Position numbers and translations under genes: made by a program. Positions 1 through 13,600 of a DNA stretch of 50,804 nucleotides are shown in pieces. Source of the stretch: an uncultured Planctomycetia bacterium (GTDB taxonomy: Bacteria; Omnitrophota; Gorgyraeia; Velamenicoccales; JABMQK01); contig CAZFPS010000002.1 in NCBI GenBank assembly GCA_964520705.1, positions 1-50,804 on the forward strand, given 5' to 3'. The notes under the pieces are model-generated. The model saw only the letters and a list, made by a program, of their open reading frames with translations, had not been told where the DNA came from and did no database searches. How positions within the stretch are numbered: the stretch's first letter is position 1; every line of letters begins with the position of its first letter.

Positions 1-1
1 G

Positions 2-1627
2 CCCATCAAAGATGAAAATTTGACCAAAGCAATTGAAGAAATTGTGGAAGCAAACGGCACTACTTTAATCCACAGGACACCCGAGAAAATTATTACAGAA
101 TTAGAGGAGAAAGTAGGCGCAAACGACAAGACGCTCAAGGAGCGTGTTGCCTTCTTGAGGGCCGCCATAGAAGAAGCTTATGCGCCAGCCAATAGCGGCA
201 GATACACATTCTATCATGCCTTAGTTGCCATCAGCAATTTCTTGGTTGAGGTTGCCCAGCAGATTGCTAAGAGCGAGAATCATCTTAATGTATATCTGGC
301 AAGAGACGGTATCAACTTCTGGTTAGCCGGTTATCTATGGGCCAAGAAGGAGAACAAATTGTCAGAGTTCAAAGACAATAACGTTATCTTTCACCTCTCC
401 CGTTCACAATTGGGCCATGCCCATGAAGTGATGAAGATGATTGCAGAGGATACTGCTGCTATCGTAGCAAAAGACGATAAAGCAGATTACTGGCAGACCT
501 TTATGAAATATTTTGAGGCTTATGTAAACGAAGATGCAGAATTCAGAACAATTGTAGAAGTAACTGCCAACCGTTTAACTAAGAAGATAAAAGATGCGCC
601 TCAGGTGAGGATTGTGGAAAGCTTTGCCGAAGGCCTCTTAACTGGGTTCTTAAAGGCAGTTATATTAAAGAATAATCCGCAGGCCAATGTTGAGGAATTC
701 ATCACTGCTCCTAAATGGATACCTGAAGCCAAGAGGGGGGTAGCTTCATTCAAGTTCAATGAGAATAAACTTCAAGAAAGAATAGCTGGTTGGTTTGTTA
801 AAGAAGGGTTAGCTGCTCCTGAGCAGATAGAAGTAACATCGTTTGATAAAGTAGACGACAAGAAAGAAGTAACAGGCGCAGATGATAGGAAGCTTGAGAG
901 AAAATATCTTGAGGCTCAGGTTTATCCAATGGATTATCCTTTGGCAGAAGTTAACCTAGGCCATCCCATTGATTCTCGTAACGGCGCCACTGTAAAGTCC
1001 AGTGAAACCAAACAGGAGAGCTTCTATTTAAGACAGCTACTGATCATTAACGCTATCGCAGAAGGTACTTCTTTACCAGTTCGGTTCCCTGCTCCTGCTG
1101 AAGAAAGAAGAGATCTGGTTAACCACTTAGTCTTTACGCATAACGAGATATTTACTACCGTCTCTGATAGTGAACAGCAGGAATTATTGAATAGGCTTAA
1201 CGCTTGGGTAAGGTTAATGAGCCGTGTTTATGGAACAAGCTTTAACAGTGTAGTAGAAGGCATAATTGAATCAGGAAAAGACGCAGTTTATAGATGGCAG
1301 TTCCAGCGCTTCCTATTTGAATTCAGACAGTTTGATACCTTTGAGAACTTTTATGAGACTATGACTTGGGCAGTGGTTTCTACGGCCAAGCCAGAAGCCT
1401 TCTATACCAAACAGCCCACCAAAGACGGTGCTTCTACCTATTACACCTTATTTGATATTGTTAACAGATTAAGAGAAACCAGAGCCATTATCGGTAAGGT
1501 CAGGAGAGATGTTACCAAACACAAGAGAATTAAGATCGCCTACGGCGAAGAAGAGACCAAAGGTGCAGGGGCAACTGCCCGCCAGGCCAAGAAAGATGAT
1601 TTTATAGATTTGGTAGAAAAGTATAAT
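2..1627 (+). other. Module of unknown function, N-terminally cut by the window edge
   Basis: Coherent non-repetitive translation (..RYTFYHALVAISNFLVEVAQQ..VYLARDGINFWLAGYLW..). No motif I can assign. Ends at the first SSSPV linker (1628-1642). Confidence 0.4.
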
Positions 1628-4600
1628 AGCTCAAGCCCTGTCCGTTGGATAGAAACATTGGTTTTGAACCGGAGAATTAAGAAATACATTAATACGGGAG
1701 ATTATTATACAGGAATAGAACTGATGAAAGTTGGCGAGCCAATAATACAGTTACTCATCAGCTATTTGTCAAGAGATTTATACAATGATCAAAGAGAAAG
1801 GGTGATGGAGTTATTAAGTAAGTTAGGAGTTAAACACAAAGAATTAATTCCTGTATATGAGGTTTTATTAAATAATAAATATTGGAACGTAAGAAAATTT
1901 GCTGCGCAACAGTTTGAAGAAATGGATTGCCCAGCTAAACTTATAACTGATCGAGCAATTAAAGCTTTGATTATCTTGTTAGATGATCCTTATGCCAATA
2001 CTGAAGCAGCGAAAGCGTTACAGAAATTAGAGTGGTCGCCAAGGGATCAAGCAGAAAAAGCAATTTATTTGATAGTAAAAGGAGAACTTAGGGAGTTAGT
2101 TAGAACTTATCCTTCTAGAGCTGCGGCAGATTTTCTATTGAAAGCTTTCATGTATTTACCTGGAGATGATAATCGTATCTCGGTAGCAGATGCGATAGCA
2201 GAAACAGGATTTTCTGAAGCAATAGATAAGATGCGATCTCACATGTCGGTTGGTGTTTTGTATCTAATGGGTGATGAAAAAGCAGTGGAGGTTCTAGATG
2301 AAAGATTAGACGTGATTTATTGCGCTAGAGATTACTATCTTGCTTTAAGTATCCAAAATTTAGAAAACCGCCATGGCATGTTGCAGAAAAAATTCCCACA
2401 ATTGCTAAAGAAAGTAGAGAAAATTATATCTAACCGGACATTTAGTTCCGCTCCTTCGGTTTGGCGTGGTCCCTGCCCCAATAATGTTGGGGGGGATGGT
2501 CCCTATCCTGTAGCTTTGTCACAGGAAGAAAGTTTTTCAGGTTTTGATTCTCGCGATATGCGTTCAGAAATACTTTCAGAAGGACGACGGCCAGGTGATT
2601 ATCGCGGTAGAATAGATGATAATTATGCTCAAAAGGTTATTGCTGGTTACGCAAGGAGGGGAAAGGGCGATTCTGAAGAATATGTAGATATTCCTCGCAA
2701 TAACAGGATTCCTTTAAAGATCAATCCAAAAACAGGCGAAGTGTGGCATATTACATGGCAAGAATATGATGCACATATAAATAAACATGTGGATGGAATA
2801 AAAAGTTGTGGTTTAGGCGTATACACTCTGGTAGGGAAGGTCGATGACAATGCCCAAGCAAAAACCAAGGCAATTGTAGAAAAAACTGGAAAAGAAGGAA
2901 GAGTTAAGAAATTTGCCGATTTACCCGAAACCATAAAATCACAAATCCAGTCTCAGGGAATTAGAAGCGCCTTAGAAAAGGCAAATGTCCATATTATTAT
3001 GCCTGAATCAGGTATTGATTCAAGGGCACCTCCGTTCGTCTGGTATGAATCCCGCGATAGATTTGTGGTTGCCTGCACAATTGATGGTAAAGTTTACCTG
3101 CCATTATCACTCGTTAAGCTCGTCATACTTGCCAACGATGAATCTTTAATAGATTCTATATTAGAACATGAACAAAAAGATTTAAGGGAAAGAACAGAAC
3201 ATCCGGAAGAAGGAACTAAGTTAGCCCTGAAAGTAAGAGATTTGGAAGAAGATTTTTATGTTGCCGTTGTCCCTGTGTTTAAGAGCAGAGATGGTAAGGT
3301 TACCTATAAATATCAGCAGGGTGTGCAAGCTTTATTCGGTGGCCGAGTGTCGGAAGAAGCTATATCTATTTGGCAGAATTTTGTAAACGAAGAATTTAAA
3401 AATTCAGGTTTAATTCGTAAAGCTGTTATTGATGGAAGAGTTCAGCTGCTCAGAGGAAAGAAGAGCACTACTTTAATGTTCGTTGCTCCTCGTTCAATGA
3501 TAGTTGAAGGCAGGACCAAAGAAGAGAAAATAAGGAAAGAAGTAGAATTGGCATTGGATAGGGCAACAATTGCATTCATGAAACATTTCGGCGGTGACGA
3601 AGAAAAAGGTATCAAGGGTAGAGACATTAAGGCAGTCGCTACCATGACCACCTTTGCCTTGCCTCGCGATAGCCATACCTTAAAGCAGGTTAGCGATTCC
3701 TTACATGAATTAAGGATTTTACATAGAACTCCTGTTGTGAGCGTACAAGGTAACACCATATTCTACACAACAGCCAAGGAAGTAATTGATAGCACTGATG
3801 AGACGATGGCTAAAGAGGCGGAAAAGAAAGCCAGAGAAGAAAAGGCCGCAGAAGAAGCAGCGAATCCCAGGAAAGAAGAGAAAGAAGAAGTAATCAGGTA
3901 TCAGCTGATTAGCGAAGAGGCCAGCCAGAAATCTATTGAGGTTCTTGCTAAGATCATGGGCCGTAGCAAAGATGTGGCTACCAAGAAAGTCGAGATTTAC
4001 TTAAGCTACTTACAGTGGGCTGCCAGAGAACAATTAGGCACAACCATGGTCAGGCCTCAGGATGTGTTTAGATTAAATGAATTAACTGCAGAAGAGAAGA
4101 CCAAATTACAGGCTGCCGCAAAATACTTTGCCGCAGATGACGAGACCACGGCTTTAATCAATCATTTTGCCGGAGTAAGAACCAATGATGAAGGGATTAT
4201 AGTTGTCTTAAAAGGCGGAGTAAGAGCCGGATTAGAAGCTGAGACCCAGAGCGAAATAGTCAGGACCTTAAGCGATCGATATAATGTTACCCTTACTTCC
4301 CAGATAACCCTTGATCCGGATAGAATAGTTAAGCTTTGGAAAGTCCAGTTAATTAAACAGGTCAAGGCATTGGCTAAGGATAATATTCCTCAGCAGAAGA
4401 TCAACAAGCTTTTGAATCTGCTCAGCGCTAACCAAGGAAAAGCGTTTAAGGAGGCAGTTGATGAATTAAAGGCTGAGTTTACCAGGTCTCAGAAAGTCAA
4501 GGCCTTAGCTTATTCTATTACTTTCTTAAGCGGAAATATCAGGATTGTAAGATTAACCAGAAATAGCACTGAGCAGATTAAGTTAGAAGGCACTGATAGA

Positions 4601-7600
4601 GTAGCGACTATTGAGGAAGTAATCAAGGCGTATACTGAAGCCCTGGATAAGATAGTTGAGGCCAGGTTAGCCGCCAATATGGCCTTAGCGCATACCTTAG
4701 ATGAAGCCAAGAAAGCCGGGCTCACCGAAGAAACCATCAAAGAAGTTGTTTCTGCCTTTGAGTTTGTGGGCGCTGACAGAGTAGAAACAGTATTGGATGT
4801 GCTGAACCAGGAAGAGCGTAATAGGTTAGATAATGGTGAAAATTCTCCTTCAATTGAAAGAGAAATATTAAGAGAATATAAGATAACTGCCGGTGACCAG
4901 ACTGCAGTTGAGGAGTTATATGGAAGATTAGTCACTTTAGGCAATGCAGTAAGGCCGGAAGATACCGCAGCTGTCGCAAGAGACTTAGAAGGTATATTTA
5001 CCGGCACAGCCAATGCCGCAGAAGCCTTTGCGGATTATGCCAGAACCGAGAGATTTTTAACTGCGGTTCCGGAGTTTGCGGAGTTAAGGGATGTCGCTCA
5101 TAGAAGATATCATAGTACCATTACCATGTTTGAGCATAGCTTAATGGGTATCAAGGCTCTTGCTCAGGTAGAAGAAGCAGCGAAGTTAGTCACATTTATT
5201 TCATTGAGCAGCTTAAAAGAGGTAAGGGAAGCTTTGGCTACCGGAAACAGGACTGCAATAGTTATTGAAAATGAGAAACTTCTCAAAGAAAAAATGGAAG
5301 CTTATATCAAGGCAGTGCCTGGACTTAAAGGTATGAGCCGCGAGACATTCATCCAGTTTATCTGGGCATATCAGCAGGCAATTAACATCAGCTTAAAGAA
5401 CGGTAAGAACGCCAAGATGTTTATCTATATGCTTATGCTCTTGCATGATATCGGAAAGGCTGTAACTACCGGCCAGCACTTAAGCTTAGGTAAAGAGCTG
5501 ATCAAGAACGTTATGGAGCGTTTTGGATTTGCTGCCGAAGATATAGAGTTAGCTTCCTTCCTTGTGCTTAACCATAGTGTAAATACCAAGCTTTTGACCG
5601 GTAGCGATACTTATGCGGGTTTTGCTGAGCAGTTAAATAACATAGCCAAGGCAGAAGATAGAGACAGAATCTTGGCAGCGCTGGCTATGATGATAGTTGG
5701 CGATATCGCTGGTATAACTAATCCGGCGATAGCTTTGAATAACCAGAGACTGCTTGAGATATTAGGAATGGTAGTAAATAGAGAGCGCGTAGAAGAGAAG
5801 GCAGCCAATATCGAAGCCCAACTTATTAGTCGCATAGCTATCCAGATGAATTATCAGCCCACTGCTATCGGCGCAGACGAGCAAGTAGTAGCTAAGTTTA
5901 CCAAGGTATTTGAGCTCTTACCTGCTGATTTAAGAATACAGGCGATGGCTATACTTAGCGACAGGACTACCAGCATAGAAGAAAAGATGGATGCAATAGT
6001 CAAAGCTGTGAATGCTTTTGTAGCCGGCTTAGATGAAAACGCCATTAACAAATTCTCCTTACCAGACAGGCCTAAATCTTTGGTTACAGGTGAGTTGAAT
6101 CGTAAAGAATTGGCTGCCTACTTTGTCCAGGCTATTAAAGATGCGCAGTCTGCTGAGGAGTTGGTTCAGATAATCAGTCTCTTATCTATAGGCGCGCAGA
6201 GGAAAGTAGGAGAGGAAACAGCAAATGCAGAATTCTTTGAGACTCAAAGAGCAGTAGTTGCTAAGGCAGTTGAGAAATATTACAATGGCCAGAATGCTTT
6301 GGACAGGATACAGGAAATAAGGGCCGTCGCTGGCATGTATTTTGCCTATCTGTTTAATTCCAAGAAAGTTAAATCCGATAGATTCAGCAGTGTAATTAAT
6401 TTAATTAATGAAATAGAAAATACCAACTCCGGATTCAAGAGCTTCCTGAGCCGCGCGCAATTCAATTACACTGCTATCTTCTTCCAGAAGGCTTCTCCTG
6501 AAGCCATTGTCAACTTCTTGTATCTGGCTTACAGATATTATAGAGATAATAATATTACCGGCGTTCCTTTTATAATCTTATACACTGGTAAAGAAATTAC
6601 GGAGCAGGATATCAAGGTATTAGATATTAAATTAGCCACAGTTAGAATCTGGGAAAGCAATATTACTGATATTGAGGAAGAAGCAAGGGTTTATAGTCTG
6701 TATCCGGCTAACTTCCCGGCTCGCTCTCCTACCATAATTATGCATTTTACCGCCACTGAAGTTCCCTATATAGGTGAGCCATTTACCAGAAAAGAAGGGG
6801 TTATGCCGGAAGTAAAGGTAGAGAACAAACAGCAGGCGGCAACCCAGACCACTGAAGAAATACTGCAGGAAGCAGGATTAAAACTTGGCAATAATGCTGA
6901 GATTGTGGTCGTAAGTAAAGAAGGCAAGAAGCTTACGGCTGTTTTCGCTGCAGCTTTCGCAGGCGCACTCAAAGATGAGACAGGCAATGCAAGAGAATTA
7001 AGCGGCAGGATATTAATTGATGTAGATAAACAGTTCATCTGGTTAAGAGACAGCAAAGAAATATTTATCTTGGACGGTGAGGTGTTGGGTGGTGAGTTAA
7101 AGAGCTTTGTTGTACCTGAAGACCTGATTGCAAAGTTGGCTTATCTTGGCAAAGCAGATGTCCTTAAGGAAATAACGGAATTATTAAAGAAGGCCGATGA
7201 TGAATTATACAAGAAATTAGCAGTAGCAGCGTTGTTCATTCCTGGGTTAAAGAAAATTATGGAAGAGACAGCATTCTATCATAAAGAGTATGTCAATAGC
7301 CATATCAAGGTTCTTGAGGCTGCGCTTAAGGATTATATGAACGTATTGACTACCGGACAGTTAATACCTATGCCGTTGAATTTGGAGGATGAAAAGAAAG
7401 AAGAAGTTAAAGAAGTAAAGCTCGTTTACCCGGCAAAATTCGTAGAAATTTCTGCATTTAAGCCAGAGCAGGAAGGTGATCTTAGAAAAGCCTTGGCGGT
7501 TTTAAAATTAGACGGTTCTACTCGTAGTAAAGTGGATGCTATCTTAAATGACCAAGGCAAAGATTTTGAAGGTAAAAAGAAAGATATCAAAGAAGCCATT

Positions 7601-10600
7601 GAAGGATATGTCAAAACATTGGATCCTAATTCAATTGCTAAGTATATCGAAGTTGTCCTTAAAGGGCGCCAGGAATCATTTGAGGTTAAATATGATGTTG
7701 GTTTATCTAATATGGCAAAGTTTGATTTTGATGGTCAGAAAATCATTGTAACAATTAATATGGCTTTGCTCATGGGTGCTCCTGCTTACAGCACTTCTGA
7801 CGAAGCCTCGCAGGCCTTCCAGTTGGTAATAAATGACATTTTTGCCCATGCCGCGCTCTATAAGGAAGGGAAAGACAAATGGGCAGTTTTTGCTGACAGG
7901 GCAGAGAAATATTTCAAGTATCATCCTGAAGAGATAATTACTATTACCGAGGCTTTGACTTCCGGGGCCTACGATGTTATAGAAGGCATCAAGAACTTCA
8001 GCATCTTCAGGCCTAATATAACCAATAAAGGTCCTAAAGAGGCAGATGGAGATGATCTCTGCTATCTCACACTTTTAAGGATTAACTCTTTAAGAAAACT
8101 ACGTGAAGATTTAGAAGAAGAGTTAAAAAATAATCCTGCTAGCACAGAACATTCTATTGCCCGCAAGTATTTTGAAAGATTTAGTGAGTTTAAGCCTGAA
8201 TCTCAAGATTGGCCTTCCAGATTTACTCTTCCTATTGAGACCAACTGGTTGGTAACAATAGAAGAGGTAGGTAAGGCCAAGAGGTTCTTTGTTGCTTCCA
8301 GTGAAAGTATCACAGAATTAAATCCGATCCTTAAAGACAATAACCTGCGTATCAAAATCGCAGTTATCGTAGGTATGCATAAGGAAAAGAGCCGCCTTAT
8401 GCCTGCCCATGTAATAGATAATCCTAATGGCGAAGATTCGGTAATGAAGAAGATAAACCAACTTGAAGAACTCTTTGACGGCACCAACATTGATTGGGAG
8501 CTTATCTTTGTTGCCCATGTGAACTCACCGGATAATAGCGGCAAGGTGGTGGAAGACTTGCTTAAAGGAAGCGATAATGATAAACATCGTAAATATTACT
8601 ATTCAGGCCAAGTGCGTTCTGCTTATATGACCGGTCCTGGTGTAGGTAAAGGCGGCAAGGTTTACTTCGGTATGAAAGATGCCTTACGCAATACCTTAGA
8701 CCATAAGCCTGCTGATATACTGCTATATACCGATGCTGATGTTACCGTAGATTTAAGGCAGACTGGCCTCTTACTTAAGCCAATGCTCTTAGATGAAGAT
8801 GGTAAATTAAGAGTAGATAGCCAAGGTAGATTTAACGGCAGAATGGGTGCTTATGGTTCAAGATTTGGAGTTAAGGGAATTGAAGGTTTCTCTATGCCTG
8901 GACTTGATCCTTCGCCCACTGCTGAAGAAAATGTGGTAAATGACGCCGGCAGGGCATTTACTGCTAAATATCTCTTTGCGCCTATCAAAGCAAAAGGCTA
9001 CAGGGAAACTCAGTGTGGCTACAAGGCCTATCCTAAAGCTATTATAGAAGATATTATTGATACTGTAAAAGATACCACCTTTAGCTTTGACACCGAACTT
9101 ATGCATTTGACTTTGGAAGCAGGTGGCAGTCTTAAGGAAACAGGTATCTTTTGGTCTGATTCTTCAGCTGAGGCTTCAGGCACCAGCACCTTGGAACGTT
9201 GGAGAATGTTTAAGGCTTGGATTGAGCAGTATAGGAATATCCAGAAAGTTAAGACTATTGATGAAGAAGATCTAAAGATTGTTGAAGGGGCTGTTGATAA
9301 AGCTCTTGTATTAAAAACTACTAAAAAAGATACTATTGATATCGCCAATGAGATTATTAAATTCGGAAAAGCATTAGAAGAAAAAGAAAAGGCTAAAAAA
9401 TCCTCCTCTCCCATTGAATACTTAAAGCAGCCTTTGATTTTATCAGTTCACCTCCCAGACTGGGAAGAAAATAATCACTGCGGCTCACTGTTAGCTACAC
9501 CTTTAGCCTTAGAGCTTGCCAAGCAGGAAGCAAATAGAAGAAGAGAGCTAGCTTTAAATGGTGATGAAAAGTACTCTTCCTACAAAGATATTGATTTAGC
9601 CAAGCTCATTGAAGAGCGCAAGGTGCGTATCGCCGTATTCCATGACGCAGGTTCTGCTAAGCGTTGTTCTACATTATCCCAGTCCCAGAACGGCACAAGA
9701 GCTGACCTTAGGATATTAGGTGATATCAAGACTAAGGACGGAAGAACTTTTCCTTTAACCTTAGTCTTAGCCGTAGCTATCCAGAATTCAATATACGCCA
9801 CTACTCCGGAAGTAGTGGATGTCCACTATGTATCCCAGCTTTACTTTAATAAGGAATTAAAGCTAGAAGAATACCGCAAGTTCATGGAATCAGACAAGGA
9901 ATACGATGGCTACGATGTAATCATTGTTACTTCTTCCGACCCAGAGATAGTTAAGCTTCATCAGAAAACTTTTGACGCTGTATTTGGTCAAAGAGAAATC
10001 ACTAAGAATAGAGAGAATGTAGCGATACCGACAATGATTACTAAATTTGTTATCGGCACCGATCCGTCTATTGCTAAGCCTGAAGACTTACGTGACTTAG
10101 GTATGTACTTAATGGATCCTGCTGGCAATGTAAGAGTAAACCTTCCTAAAGGAAGTTATGCTACTAAAGAAGAGCTTAAAACCGGCAATGCAAAACAAAA
10201 AGGTTTACCTGCGCTTTCAGCTGAATACGACACTACTTTTAGCGCAGCCTACTCTTGTGGTTCCCATAGATTACATTATGACTTTATTGCTGCTTTAAAT
10301 GAGTTCTTTGGTGAAAGAGTTGCTAGAAGAACTGAGAAGGTAACTGTTCAACTTGAAGCCCCTGATTTTATTCAGCCTACACTTATATTGATAAAAGCCC
10401 TGCAGGATGCTACATCCAGGGGCATTGATACAAATACGCTTACTACCTCCGAAGCAGTCTTATCCGCAATCACCCCCGAAGACAAAGCAAGATTAGAAAA
10501 GTTCAACGACAGAAACCGTTACATCGATATCATCAACTTCTATTTAACCTACAGACACAAATTCTCTACTTGGGTTGGCGGCTACACTATCGGCAACAAC

Positions 10601-13600
10601 ATGCTCTGGGTACGTAACCGTCGTCCTGATGAGAATTACGCAGAGAAGATGCAGATTATCGCTGATCTTATTGGTAGCTATATCTTTGTGGATGCCAAGG
10701 GCGCTATCGTTTTAACTCCTGCAACCAAAGAACAGGCTAAAGAAGCTCAATTCTTAAGAGCCTTTAGAGGTATAACCAATAATCCTATTACCAATGCTAC
10801 TATCGGTGATGTCTACATAGATCATAAAGGCATAAGATCTGATAACAATAGGCCAGTAAGTTTATATGACATATCAGAAGGTATTACTATCAGCGGCATC
10901 TACATCAGAAATTCCATTATCCGTAATTCAACTATTAAAGAAGGTAACATCATTAATTCAGTCGTATCTGATTCACTTATCGCCAAGCTTACTTCAGATC
11001 ATGCTTATGTCCAGGATTCCTACATCAAAGAGTTAAAATCATCCTTCTCAATAATCTATAACACCGTAAGGACCTATCTTGAAGCTAAGCCAGCCGTAAG
11101 CTATGCCGATGTATTTAGAGCTGAACATATCCAGACTACAGTTCCCTTTGGCACTGACTCTAAGGCTTGGGATAAGAAACCTCTTGCAGAATACGGCAAT
11201 ACCCATTCCTTTGAGGATTTAAGGGCATTAGATAACAATATAGATACTAATGGCCTGACCAAATTTATCTCTATCCTAAAGACAGGCTTATTCAAAGCCG
11301 CAGTCTTTGATCTTGATGGTGTCTTGACTGCCACTGCCAAGATCCACTACGCATCCTGGAAGAAGATGTTTGAAGGCGATGCTCTCATCGCAAGAGAATT
11401 CACTCATGAAGATTACTTAAAGTATACCGATGGTATTCCCAGATACGATGGCTGTCTTGCCATGTTACATCAAGGCCCTGGCACTGCCAAGTTCTTAAAA
11501 TTACCTAAGTTCGTTGACCCGGATAAGAACAAAGATGAATTCAATGCTCTAACTCCTGAACAGCAGGCCTTAGACAGAGAAACCATCCGTTTAGGCGACA
11601 TCAAAGACGGCTATTACAACCAGCACTTAAATGATCATCCTGAAGATATCACAGTTATGCCCGGGACAAAGGATATCTTAGATTACTTAAGGGCTCAAGG
11701 CATACGTATGGCTGTAGCTTCATCTAGCAAAAACACGCCTAAGATACTTGAATTGACCGGATTAAGAGAATACTTCGTAGAAGTCATCTCCGGTCATGAC
11801 ATCGGTAACCATTCAACTTACCTTAACAAACAGATAGTCGGAAAACCTGATCCAGATATCTTTACTGAAGCCATTGCTAGATTAGGCGTATCTACCAAAG
11901 AAGCCTTTGGCTTAGAAGACGCAGTCAAAGGCGTCAAGGCTATCAAGGCTTCATATATGCTTACTATAGGCGTAGATACTGAGAAAAAAGGCCTCTTAGG
12001 CGAAGCAGATTTCGTAATAGATAGCGTAGCTGATATAGTAAAGAGATTATCTTCATCTTCTATAGGTGCTCTGGTCGGTATGTTTACTTCAACTAAAGAC
12101 GTATCTTCGCCTATATTCAGAGCAGTTATCTTTGACCTAGATGGGGTATTGACTTCTACTGCTACCGTACATTCTACTGCTTGGAAAGAAACATTTGATG
12201 CTTACATGAGATTAAGGTCTCAGGAATTTAATGAGTCCTTCAGCGAATTTACCAGAGAAGATTATTTAACCTATGTAGACGGCAAGTCCAGATATGTAGG
12301 TACAGACAGCTTCTTTAAATCAAGAGGCATTACTCTTACCTGGGGTGATGAGCAGAATGATGTCTGGATACCTGGTACTTTTCAGATGGCAACTGTGTGT
12401 GGTTTGGCTAACTTCAAGAATACCAAATTCAATGAAATATTAGACAGCCGTGATTCTATAGATAGGTTTGAAGGCAGCATCAGATTTGTAGAAGAGTTAA
12501 AATCCCAGGGCATAATGACTGCCATTGCCTCTAGTTCCAAGAATACTCCTAAGATACTTAAGAAAGCAAATATAGATCATTTATTTGATGCCGTGGTTTG
12601 CGGCCTGGATATTACTGATCCTAAGACACAATCTAAGCCTGCGCCATTTCTTTTTGTTGAAGCTGCCAAGAGATTAAATGTTGCGCCTCTTAGTGCAGTA
12701 ATGGTTGAAGACGCTGAAGCAGGTGTTGAAGCTGGCCGCCGCGGAAACTTCGGCTTAGTCTTAGGTGTTGCCAGAGAAAACAACATTGATAAGTTAAAAG
12801 AAAACGGCGCTGACATCGTAGTTACTGATCTTTCAGAGATAACTATTAGAGAGATAGAAGAGTGGCTTAGAAATAAAGTCAGCTCAAGTCCTATTACCTT
12901 ATCCGAATTCATCTCCCGTATTAAGTCCGGCATCTACAAAGCCGCAGTCTTTGACCTTGATGGTGTATTAACTGCCACTGCTAAGATCCACTTCGCTGCC
13001 TGGAAGAAGATGTTTGAAGGTGATGCAGGTATTGGTAGAGAGTTTACTCATGAAGATTATTTAAAATACACTGACGGCATACCCAGATACGATGGCTGTT
13101 TAGCCATGTTACATCAAGGGCCTGGCACTGCCAAGTTCTTAAAACTTACCAAATTTGTTGATCCTGACAAGAGCCAGGAAGAATTCAGCACCTTAATTGC
13201 TGAACAGCAGGAATTAGACAGAGAAGTTATCCGTCTCGGTGACATCAAGGACGGCTACTACAACCAGCATCTCTTTGCTCATCCTGAAGATATCACTGTT
13301 ATGCCTGGTACTCAGGCAATATTGGATTATCTTAAAGCACGTGGCATACGCATGGCTGTTGCCTCATCCAGCAAAAATACACCTAAAATACTGGAGCTGA
13401 CTAACCTTAATAGCTACTTCCAAGAAGTAATCTCAGGTCATGACATCGGCAATCATTCCACATTACTTAATAAACAGATAGTTGGCAAACCTGCTCCAGA
13501 TATCTTCACCGAAGCCCGCTTAAGAATGAATGCTTCAGTTGAAGAATCAATAGGCTTTGAAGATGCCTTCAAGGGTGTTCAGGCAATCAAGGCTTCAGGC

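Noticed and set aside
7548-7751. The + strand 67-aa ORF, and likewise the + strand 83-aa ORF at 47835-48086.
   Set aside because: Both are in frame 3 and overlap frame-2 sequence that encodes coherent protein; the second overlaps the PFK motifs. They have no motif content and are out-of-frame chance ORFs.
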